NCBI GenBank assembly: GCA_947626115.1
Contig: CANQQX010000005.1
Span: 1 to 53,431 of the forward strand
Direction of reading: 5' to 3'
Origin: an uncultured Bacilli bacterium
GTDB taxonomy: Bacteria; Bacillota_I; Bacilli_A; RF39; UBA660
DNA length: 53,431 nucleotides
The notes beneath the pieces were generated by a model. The model saw only the letters and a program-made list of their open reading frames with translations. It ran no database searches and was not told the DNA's origin. The position numbers were made by a program, and so were the translations under genes. This document shows, piece after piece, positions 18,784 to 27,326 of the stretch; position 1 is the stretch's first letter, and each line of letters starts with the position of its first letter.

Positions 18784-18929
18784 AATGGCTAAATTTTTCA
18801 AAAAGATAAAAAACGTCTTGATTCTCGGGGGGGGTATACTATAATAATCTTATAATAGATAATGGTTCTGTATACATAAATACGATATTTGTGATATAAT
18901 AAGAAAGATAATAGAGAAGGTTATTATAA
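18781..18929 (+). repeat. ~150-bp upstream cassette shared with 36606-36756
   Basis: Near-identical sequence from TTTAAT.GCTAAATTTTTCAAAAAG to the start codon. Confidence 0.9.
18818..18845 (+). promoter_or_regulatory. Poly-G spacer promoter, copy 2 (G8 at 18827-18834)
   Basis: TTGATT-CTC-GGGGGGGG-TATAC-TATAAT, 16-bp spacer. Confidence 0.85.
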
Positions 18930-20393
18930 ATGAAAAGAATAATAATAAATAACTATAAATTTATTTTTGGTTTAATACTTGGCTTAGTAATATCTTTAAC
19001 AACAGTATATGCAATTGATGCCTATATTGAAAGTAATAAAGTAGCCTATAATAATCATAATAAAACCAATGTCGAAGAAGCCATAGATGAATTGTACGAA
19101 AAAAGTGGCATGCATAAAAATAAATGGGTAGATCCAATACTTAATGGAGCAGATCCTGTATTAAAGAGTCCATTAATACCAGTTGAAATAAAAGACAATG
19201 GTGAAGTTTATTATGCTAACGAAAATAGTGAATGGTATAATTATAAGAAAAAAAGATGGGCTAACGCAGTTATCTTAATTGATGAACCTAGTAATGCAAA
19301 TTACCAAGTTGGAGATCACATAATAGAAGATGATATCGAAAGTTACTTTGTCTGGATACCAAGATATCAATATAAAGTATGGGATTTAGGAAAATATTCA
19401 AATGCGATAGCAGTTTCAAACATGAAAGATGTTCAAGATCAAAATGATACATCTTACTATAAATTGTTTGTTAACTATAGAACAATAGATATAAGATTTG
19501 GTACATATGATAAATATCCAAAGATGGCAGAACCAACATCAACAGGAGTATATTACACTCATCCAGCCTTTACTTTAGGAAATAAAGATTTAAATGGTAT
19601 CTGGATAGGGAAATTTGAAACAGGTGGAACAAATGCAGCAGATATTATTATTAAACCAAATGTAACGTCATGGCGAAATGAAACAGTAAGGACCTTTTTT
19701 GATGCTGCAAAACAATATAAAAGAGATTTAGATAGTCATATGATAAAGAATACAGAATGGGGAGCAGTAGCTTATTTATCACATTCTGCTTATGGTATTA
19801 ATACAGCAGTAAATATAAATAATGCTAAAGATAATATAACAGGTTATGCTGCTGCTCCAGGTACTAATCAAACTAAAATTCCGGGAGAAAATGGATCAAT
19901 TACTGACCCACAAGTAACTCAACCTTATAATACTGAAGCAGGTTATTTAGCCAGTACAACAGGCAATATTACCGGAGTATATGATATGAGTGGTGGAGCA
20001 CATGAATATGTAGCTAGTTGTTTAGAAAATACCTGGAATATAAGTGCAAGTGATTTTACTCTTGATTTACTAAATACTGAAATAGCTGCCGGATATATAG
20101 ATAAATATGCTAGTGATACTACTAATTATGCATATGATAAGCGTATTTTAGGTGATGCCATTGGAGAAATAGGCCCATATTATAATTTTATTGATAGCGA
20201 TGGTTATCCAAGAGCACATAATAGTTGGTATTATGATTATTCAATTTTTTTTGATCCTGGTCAGCCTTGGCTAACTCGTGGTATGGATTCTGGCTCTGGC
20301 ACATTAGCTAGTCAATTTGCTTTTGGCCCTAGTTCAGGCATAAAATTAAATAATGCAACTACTCGTCTTATTTTAGCACCCATAAATAATTAA
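18930..20393 (+). CDS. Surface protein with C-terminal FGE-sulfatase/CLec-like domain, paralog 1
   Basis: N-terminal signal or TM segment. FVWIPRY, WIGKFE, KNTEWGAVAYL, GVYDMSGGAHEYV, PWLTRG and terminal RLIL. Confidence 0.8.
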   Translation: MKRIIINNYKFIFGLILGLVISLTTVYAIDAYIESNKVAYNNHNKTNVEEAIDELYEKSGMHKNKWVDPILNGADPVLKSPLIPVEIKDNGEVYYANENSEWYNYKKKRWANAVILIDEPSNANYQVGDHIIEDDIESYFVWIPRYQYKVWDLGKYSNAIAVSNMKDVQDQNDTSYYKLFVNYRTIDIRFGTYDKYPKMAEPTSTGVYYTHPAFTLGNKDLNGIWIGKFETGGTNAADIIIKPNVTSWRNETVRTFFDAAKQYKRDLDSHMIKNTEWGAVAYLSHSAYGINTAVNINNAKDNITGYAAAPGTNQTKIPGENGSITDPQVTQPYNTEAGYLASTTGNITGVYDMSGGAHEYVASCLENTWNISASDFTLDLLNTEIAAGYIDKYASDTTNYAYDKRILGDAIGEIGPYYNFIDSDGYPRAHNSWYYDYSIFFDPGQPWLTRGMDSGSGTLASQFAFGPSSGIKLNNATTRLILAPINN

Positions 20394-20416
20394 AGATAAT
20401 AAGGAGATTATTATAA

Positions 20417-21901
20417 ATGAAGAGAATAAATAATAAATGTATATTTATACTTGGTATATTAATAGGCGTTGTATTATCAGTAACAACAGTATATGCAGTA
20501 GATGCTTATATCGAAAGTAATAAAGTTGCCTATAATAATCATAATAAAAATAATGTTGAAGAAGCAATAGATGAATTATACGAAAAAAGTGGTATGCATA
20601 AAGATAAATGGGTAGATCCAATACTTAATGGAGCGGATCCTGTATTAAAAGATCCATTAATACCAGTTGAAATAAAACCTAATGGAGATGTATATTATGC
20701 TAACTTAAATAGTGAATGGTATAACTATAGTGAAAAAAGATGGGCCAATGCAATTATATTAGTAGATAGTCCCAGTAATACAAATTATAAAGTTGGAGAT
20801 CATATTCTAGAGAGTGATATTGAAAGTTATTTTGTGTGGATTCCAAGATATCAATATAAAGTATGGGATTTAGGAAAATATATCAGTGCTCCAGATGGAA
20901 GTACATTAGTAAATGGAAGTTATGCAACATCAACAACCCAAGCAATGAATAAATCAAGAATAATCGATATCCAATTTGGAACACCAAATAATATACCCAA
21001 AATGACAGAGCCAAGTACAACAGGAGTATATTATACTCATCCAGCCTTTACTTTAGGAAATAAAGATTTAAATGGTATCTGGGTAGGCAAATTTGAAACC
21101 GGATATAAAGGAGCAGATAGCACTACTAGTGCACAAGTAAATAGAGAAGATTCTACAAATGTAATAGTAAAACCAAATGTTCATTCGTGGCGATATAATT
21201 CTATTAAAAATATGTTCATGACATCATTTAATTATGAAAGAAATTTAGATAGTCATATGATGAAGAATACGGAATGGGGAGCGGTAGCATATTTATCTCA
21301 TTCACAATATGGTCTTGGCAATGAAGTAGAAATAAACAATACTAGTGATTATATGACTGGTTATGTAGCAGCCCCAAATACAAATCAAAGTACTCGTTTA
21401 GGTACTTATGTAGAAAGCAATGATAAAACCCAAACTCAACCATGGAATACACCAACTGGTCATTTAGGAAGTACAACCGGCAATATTAGTGGAGTATATG
21501 ATATGAGTGGTGGATCATGGGAATTAGTAGCGGGATGTATGGAAGGCCTAGTAGGTGATAGTGGCTTTGACACTTCAACTTTAGCAACTGAAATGGCTAA
21601 TGGCTATATTGATAAGTATCCCAATGTTAGTACTGAAACATCTTATAATAATAGAATTCTAGGGGATGCCACTGGAGAATTAGGCCCCTTTTATAGTTTT
21701 TATATTGGTGTAGGAACTAATTCTCATCATAATAGTTGGTATGGTGATGGAAATTACTTTGTTGAACCAAATAGACCTTGGTTTTCTCGTGGTAATGGCT
21801 TTAATGATGGTGCAGAAGCTGGGCAATTTGCAGCTTTTATTGGTAATGGTGGATTAAGTTATTCTACTTCTTTTCGCCTAGTTCTTACTCCAATTAAATA
21901 A
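20417..21901 (+). CDS. Surface protein with C-terminal FGE-sulfatase/CLec-like domain, paralog 2
   Basis: Same motifs (GVYDMSGGSWE, PWFSRG, SFRLVL). RBS AAGGAG. Confidence 0.8.
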   Translation: MKRINNKCIFILGILIGVVLSVTTVYAVDAYIESNKVAYNNHNKNNVEEAIDELYEKSGMHKDKWVDPILNGADPVLKDPLIPVEIKPNGDVYYANLNSEWYNYSEKRWANAIILVDSPSNTNYKVGDHILESDIESYFVWIPRYQYKVWDLGKYISAPDGSTLVNGSYATSTTQAMNKSRIIDIQFGTPNNIPKMTEPSTTGVYYTHPAFTLGNKDLNGIWVGKFETGYKGADSTTSAQVNREDSTNVIVKPNVHSWRYNSIKNMFMTSFNYERNLDSHMMKNTEWGAVAYLSHSQYGLGNEVEINNTSDYMTGYVAAPNTNQSTRLGTYVESNDKTQTQPWNTPTGHLGSTTGNISGVYDMSGGSWELVAGCMEGLVGDSGFDTSTLATEMANGYIDKYPNVSTETSYNNRILGDATGELGPFYSFYIGVGTNSHHNSWYGDGNYFVEPNRPWFSRGNGFNDGAEAGQFAAFIGNGGLSYSTSFRLVLTPIK

Positions 21902-21902
21902 T

Positions 21903-21931
21903 TTGACATAATGTAATACGTATGCTATAAT
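21903..21931 (+). promoter_or_regulatory. Consensus sigma-A promoter
   Basis: TTGACA-17-TATAAT with extended TG. Confidence 0.85.
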
Positions 21932-21961
21932 AAATCTCCTTTAAGAAAAGGGGATTTTATT

Positions 21962-22609
21962 ATGAAAAATGAAAAAATTAATTATTATTTAGTATTAGAA
22001 AAACGTTTGGGTGATTATAATATTATTGATATTAATAGACTTGATATTGCTGATCATGAAATACCTAGCGATATTCTTAGTATTGATTTTTTTACATGTG
22101 AATTTACCGAAGGAGAAATAAGAGAATCAATTATAAGAAGTAATATGGCTCGTCCTGAATATTTAGATGGAAGACTTAGAATTATTAGTGATGCTCGACA
22201 TAAACATAATTTAACAGTTTTAACTAAAGAAATACACCAAAATATTATGGAATTTCAAATTAGTGAAGAAGAAATAGATCAAAATTTTAAAAACAAATTA
22301 TTTGGAGCTTATAAAAAGATAGTAGAAAGTAGTTTTAATGATCCTGACTTTATTAAAAGAATGCTTGAAAGATTTAAAAGTGCTTTAAAAAATGGCTTTA
22401 AAAAGGATATATTTAAATTAATTGAAGAACTTCCTTATTCAAAGAGTAGAAATATTTATATTAGTATCTATAAAATGCTTAATAAAGAGCAAATAATTGA
22501 TGAAACAAAAGAAGATAAAGAAAAAGATTTTATTAATCATAGTACTTATAGAGCTAATTATAATAATCAAAATAAAAGAATATTAGAAAAATTAAATGAT
22601 GTTGCATAG
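21962..22609 (+). CDS. Hypothetical protein
   Basis: 215-aa ORF with consensus promoter and RBS. Confidence 0.8.
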   Translation: MKNEKINYYLVLEKRLGDYNIIDINRLDIADHEIPSDILSIDFFTCEFTEGEIRESIIRSNMARPEYLDGRLRIISDARHKHNLTVLTKEIHQNIMEFQISEEEIDQNFKNKLFGAYKKIVESSFNDPDFIKRMLERFKSALKNGFKKDIFKLIEELPYSKSRNIYISIYKMLNKEQIIDETKEDKEKDFINHSTYRANYNNQNKRILEKLNDVA

Positions 22610-22641
22610 TCATTTAATTTTTTTTGTAGTATAATTTAGTT

Positions 22642-23538
22642 ATGAAGATAGAAGAAGCTAAACAAAAATTTTTAGAATATATTGAAAAAGAATTAAATTA
22701 TACTAAAATGACTATAATTGATTATCAAGAAGATTTAGAGTTATTTACTAAATATATAAATAATAATAATTTAAATTATTTAAATTTAACTAAAAATGAT
22801 ATAATTGATTATTTAAAATATTTAGATGAAAAAAAATATAGCAATAAATCTATATCAAGATTTTTAAGTAGTTTGAGACATTTTTATACTTATTTAGTAG
22901 AAATTAAATTAATTGAAGAAAATATTTTTAAAAGAATTAGAAATCCCAAAATTGAAAAGAAATTACCAAATTATTTAAATATTGTAGAAGTAGAAAATCT
23001 TTTGAATATTTTAAAAGAAGATACGAAAGAAGATATTAGAAATAAATGTCTAATAGAGCTTTTATATTCAACAGGAATAAGAGTTAGTGAAGCAAGTAAT
23101 ATTAAAATAGATGATATTGATATGCATAATATGTCTATAAGAGTATTTGGAAAAGGAAGAAAAGAGAGAATTGCTTATTTTGGTGAGTCTTTAAAAGAAA
23201 TTTTAGAAAAATATTTAAAAGTAAGGAAAGATTTTTTAAAAAATGGGGAAATTGATTATTTATTTATTAATAGTATTGGTGGTAAGTTATCAAGAAATAG
23301 TATGGAAAATATTTTTATTAAAATATCCCAAATGAAAGAAATAGAACATAAATTATCTCCCCATACTTTAAGACACACTTATGCCACTCATTTACTTAAT
23401 AATGGGGCTGATTTAAGAAGTGTGCAAGAATTACTAGGTCATGAAAATTTAAATACAACCGAAATATATACCCATGTTAGTAATGAAAGATTAAGACAAG
23501 AATATTTAAAATATCATCCCGATAAAAATCGTCAATAA
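22642..23538 (+). CDS. xerC: Tyrosine recombinase XerC/XerD family
   Basis: SAM-like N-domain, TGIRVSE, GKGRKER, HTLRHTYATH, VQELLGH and TEIYTH. Confidence 0.88.
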   Translation: MKIEEAKQKFLEYIEKELNYTKMTIIDYQEDLELFTKYINNNNLNYLNLTKNDIIDYLKYLDEKKYSNKSISRFLSSLRHFYTYLVEIKLIEENIFKRIRNPKIEKKLPNYLNIVEVENLLNILKEDTKEDIRNKCLIELLYSTGIRVSEASNIKIDDIDMHNMSIRVFGKGRKERIAYFGESLKEILEKYLKVRKDFLKNGEIDYLFINSIGGKLSRNSMENIFIKISQMKEIEHKLSPHTLRHTYATHLLNNGADLRSVQELLGHENLNTTEIYTHVSNERLRQEYLKYHPDKNRQ

Positions 23539-23613
23539 AGAGTCTAAAAAAGATAAGTTTTTGCAAATAAACTTATTTTTTTATGTTAAAATAAAAATTA
23601 GGAGGATTTTATT

Positions 23614-26253
23614 ATGGCAAAAAAATATGTCTATATGTTTAAAGAAGGTAATAAAGACATGCGTGAAATCCTTGGTGGTAAAGGGGCTAATTTAGCCGAA
23701 ATGACTAATTTAGGTATGCCTATTCCGCAAGGTTTTACCGTATCTACAGAAGCATGTGTTGATTATTATCAAAATAACAAAGTAATTCGAGATGAAATTA
23801 TTAAAGAAATTGAAGAATCGCTAAAAAAATTAGAAGAATTAGCAGGAAAGAAGTTTGGCGATAAAGAACGCCCTTTACTTGTATCAGTAAGAAGTGGTGC
23901 TAGAGCTTCTATGCCTGGTATGATGGATACTATCCTTAATTTAGGTTTAAATGATGAATCAGTCGAAGGCTTTGCTAAATCTAGTAATAATCCTAGATTT
24001 GCTTATGATTCTTACAGAAGATTTATTCAAATGTATTCTGATGTAGTAATGGAAGTACCTAAATCATACTTTGAAAAAATTATTGATGAGGTAAAAAGTG
24101 AAAAAGGCATTACTTATGATAATGAACTTACTACAGAAGATTTACAAGAATTAGTTAAGAGATTTAAAAAAGTTTATAGTGAAAATATGCATGGTGAAGA
24201 GTTCCCACAAGATGTTCATACGCAATTAATCGGGGCAGTTGAAGCAGTATTCCGTTCGTGGGATAATCCAAGAGCTATCGTTTATCGTAGAATGAATGAT
24301 ATTCCAGGTGATTGGGGAACTGCGGTTAATATTCAAGCCATGGTATTTGGTAATATGGGTGATACTTCAGGTACTGGTGTTGCATTTACGAGAAATCCAG
24401 CAACTGGGGAAAAAGGTATTTATGGTGAATATTTAATTAATGCTCAAGGTGAAGATGTTGTAGCTGGTGTTAGAACGCCAGAGCCTATTACAAAACTTCA
24501 AGAAGATTTACCAGAATGCTATAAAGAGTTTATGGACCTTGCTCAAAAACTAGAAGATCATTATCGTGATATGCAAGATATGGAATTTACAATTGAAAAT
24601 GGTAAATTATATTTCTTACAAACCAGAAATGGTAAAAGAACAGCGCATGCCGCTATTAAAATTGCTTGTGATTTAGTTGATGAAGGAATGATTAAAGAAG
24701 AAGAAGCGGTTTTAAGAATTGAAGCTAAAAGTTTAGATCAATTATTACATCCAACATTTGTAAAAGAAGCTTTAGATAAGGCCGAAGCAATTGGTGAAGG
24801 TTTACCGGCATCTCCGGGTGCTGCTTCTGGTAAAGTAGTATTTACGGCGGAAGATGCTAAAAGACTTGGTAAAGGTGGAAAGGGCGAAAGAGTTGTTTTA
24901 GTTCGTCTTGAAACTACACCGGAAGATATTGAAGGAATGGTCGCAAGTCAAGGTATCTTAACTGTTCGTGGAGGTAGAACTAGTCATGCGGCCGTTGTTG
25001 CTCGTGGTATGGGTACTTGTTGTGTCGCTGGATGCGGCGCTATTAAAATTGATGAAGAAGAGAAACATTTTGAACTTGGTGGCGTTACTTTCCATGAAGG
25101 TGATTATATTTCTCTAGATGGTAATACTGGTAAAATCTATAAGGGTGATATTGAAACCAAAGAAGCCGAAGTTGCTGGTGATTTTGGTCGTATTATGGCT
25201 TGGGCTGATAAATATCGTAAGCTTGGTGTTAGAACTAATGCTGATAATCCAAGAGATACTAAAAGAGCCATTGAACTTGGTGCTGAAGGTATTGGTTTAT
25301 GTCGGACAGAGCATATGTTCTTTGAAGCCGACCGTATTCCTAAAATTAGAAAAATGATTTTAGCTAATACGGTAGAAGAAAGAGAAAAAGCTTTAAATGA
25401 ACTTATTCCATTCCAAAAAGGTGATTTCAAGGCAATGTATAAGGAACTTAAAGAGCTTCCTATGACAGTTCGCTATCTTGATCCACCTTTACATGAATTC
25501 TTACCAAATACCGAAGAAGAAATTAAAGATTTAGCGAAAGATATGGGTGTATCTGTTGAAGATATCAAAAATAAATGTGCTGAACTTCATGAATTTAACC
25601 CAATGATGGGCCATCGTGGTTGTCGTCTAGCGGTCACTTATCCAGAAATAGCGAGAATGCAAACTAGAGCTTTAATGGAAGCTGCTATTGAAGTAAAAGC
25701 GGAAGATGGCTATGATATTGTTCCAGAAATAATGATTCCTTTAGTTGGCGAAGTTAAAGAATTAAAATTTGTTAAAGATATTATCGTCGAAACTACTGAA
25801 AAAGTTAAGAAAGAAAAAAATAGTGATATTAAATATCATATTGGTACCATGATTGAAATTCCAAGAGCAGCCCTTACTGCTGATAAAATTGCGGAAGAAG
25901 CAGAATTCTTCTCATTTGGTACTAATGACTTAACGCAAATGACATTTGGGTTCTCAAGAGATGATGCTGGTAAATTCTTAGATAGTTATTATCAAAATAA
26001 AATCTATGAAATTGATCCATTTGCTAAACTTGATCAAACTGGTGTTGGGATGCTTGTTCAAATGGCAGCAGAAAAAGGTAGATGCACAAGACCTGATTTA
26101 AAACTTGGTATTTGTGGCGAACATGGTGGTGAACCATCTAGTGTGGAATTCTGTCATAAAGTAGGTCTTAATTATGTGTCTTGCTCACCTTATCGTGTAC
26201 CTATTGCTAGACTTGCCGCAGCACAAGCTGCTATTAAAGAAAAAAGTAATTAA
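23614..26253 (+). CDS. ppdK: Pyruvate, phosphate dikinase
   Basis: LGGKGANLAEM, SVRSGA, GGRTSHAAVVARG and FFSFGTNDLTQ. Confidence 0.98.
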   Translation: MAKKYVYMFKEGNKDMREILGGKGANLAEMTNLGMPIPQGFTVSTEACVDYYQNNKVIRDEIIKEIEESLKKLEELAGKKFGDKERPLLVSVRSGARASMPGMMDTILNLGLNDESVEGFAKSSNNPRFAYDSYRRFIQMYSDVVMEVPKSYFEKIIDEVKSEKGITYDNELTTEDLQELVKRFKKVYSENMHGEEFPQDVHTQLIGAVEAVFRSWDNPRAIVYRRMNDIPGDWGTAVNIQAMVFGNMGDTSGTGVAFTRNPATGEKGIYGEYLINAQGEDVVAGVRTPEPITKLQEDLPECYKEFMDLAQKLEDHYRDMQDMEFTIENGKLYFLQTRNGKRTAHAAIKIACDLVDEGMIKEEEAVLRIEAKSLDQLLHPTFVKEALDKAEAIGEGLPASPGAASGKVVFTAEDAKRLGKGGKGERVVLVRLETTPEDIEGMVASQGILTVRGGRTSHAAVVARGMGTCCVAGCGAIKIDEEEKHFELGGVTFHEGDYISLDGNTGKIYKGDIETKEAEVAGDFGRIMAWADKYRKLGVRTNADNPRDTKRAIELGAEGIGLCRTEHMFFEADRIPKIRKMILANTVEEREKALNELIPFQKGDFKAMYKELKELPMTVRYLDPPLHEFLPNTEEEIKDLAKDMGVSVEDIKNKCAELHEFNPMMGHRGCRLAVTYPEIARMQTRALMEAAIEVKAEDGYDIVPEIMIPLVGEVKELKFVKDIIVETTEKVKKEKNSDIKYHIGTMIEIPRAALTADKIAEEAEFFSFGTNDLTQMTFGFSRDDAGKFLDSYYQNKIYEIDPFAKLDQTGVGMLVQMAAEKGRCTRPDLKLGICGEHGGEPSSVEFCHKVGLNYVSCSPYRVPIARLAAAQAAIKEKSN

Positions 26254-26265
26254 TTTTTATAAAAC

Positions 26266-26295
26266 AACTTCATCGTATGATGGAGTTTTCTTTTT
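26266..26295 (+). terminator. Intrinsic terminator after ppdK
   Basis: AACTTCATC-GTAT-GATGGAGTT plus T-rich tail. Confidence 0.75.
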
Positions 26296-26342
26296 AATTA
26301 TGTTATATTAAGTTAATAAATATTTTAAATGGGGTAATTACT

Positions 26343-26912
26343 ATGAAAATAAAAAGAAATTATAATTACTATTTTGATGAATATAATTCATTTAATGAAT
26401 TTCTTAAAGAGTTTTTGCGTATTATAAAGGATAAAAAAATAAAAGCATTTATTCCTACGGGTGCTTTATGGATGTTTGACAACAATAAATTTACAGATAA
26501 AATATACACTACTGATGAACCTAATTATTTAGTATTTGATGATGATACAGTATTAATTTTTAATTATAATTGGTTTAATATGATTGATATAAAAGTATCT
26601 AATTTAAGAGATTTGAGTATTTCAGAAATAAAAAATAAAAATAATTTTGAGTTTGATTGTTATGATGCAAGTATTGTTGATTATGAATTAAATAAATTTA
26701 CTGATGAATATATTATAAATCCTGCTACTGATGAAACTAGATCAGCTGGTGGAAGTTATTTTAAAGAAATAATATTTCATTTAAGTAATGAGAAAAAGCT
26801 ATGTATTTGTGCTGAAAATGCTGAAGAAGATGGATATTGTGATATATGGATGGAAAATAATAATTTAAAAGGAATATTTAATGGAGAATCGTATGAAGTA
26901 TGGTGGAAGTAA
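26343..26912 (+). CDS. Hypothetical protein
   Basis: 189-aa ORF with GGGG RBS. No recognisable motif. Confidence 0.75.
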   Translation: MKIKRNYNYYFDEYNSFNEFLKEFLRIIKDKKIKAFIPTGALWMFDNNKFTDKIYTTDEPNYLVFDDDTVLIFNYNWFNMIDIKVSNLRDLSISEIKNKNNFEFDCYDASIVDYELNKFTDEYIINPATDETRSAGGSYFKEIIFHLSNEKKLCICAENAEEDGYCDIWMENNNLKGIFNGESYEVWWK

Positions 26913-26978
26913 AGAAAATAAAAATCAAATTTTTCCTAAACTATTGCAAAATGTAAAAAATAATGTTATAGTAGAATT

Positions 26979-27211
26979 ACTTAATAATATAATAGCGATT
27001 AATAATAGTTAATCTACATTAGTTTATTAATTATTATTTCTTATCATATTTTGTTATATGAAGATGCTTTAAGAATACCTTTATAGGTCTTGTTAGTTAT
27101 TAGGTATATGATCATATGAAGAAAGAAAACTTCGAACAAGTAACTTTAAGCTAAGACTAAGCTTAGGTTAATTCCAAACTAGAAATAACGACTTGTCATC
27201 GTTATTTTTTT
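26979..27211 (+). ncRNA. Candidate ~230-nt small RNA or small-peptide transcript
   Basis: Promoter TTGCAA(26944)-17-TGtTATAGT(26972). Terminator AAATAACGA..TCGTTATTT plus T-run (27183-27211). No long ORF. Confidence 0.45.
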
Positions 27212-27326
27212 GATAAATAAAAAATAAAAAATTATAAGAGAAAATAGGAATTTATTATTGCATTGTTTAATTTTATAGAATAAAATGATTATGTGATATT
27301 TAATATTATTTTAGGAGTGATTATTT

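Noticed and set aside
22642-23538. Tyrosine recombinase as the integrase or invertase of the adjacent surface-protein cassette
   Set aside because: The sequence is typical of chromosomal XerC/D. I found no att sites or long inverted repeats flanking the cassette or the poly-G promoters.
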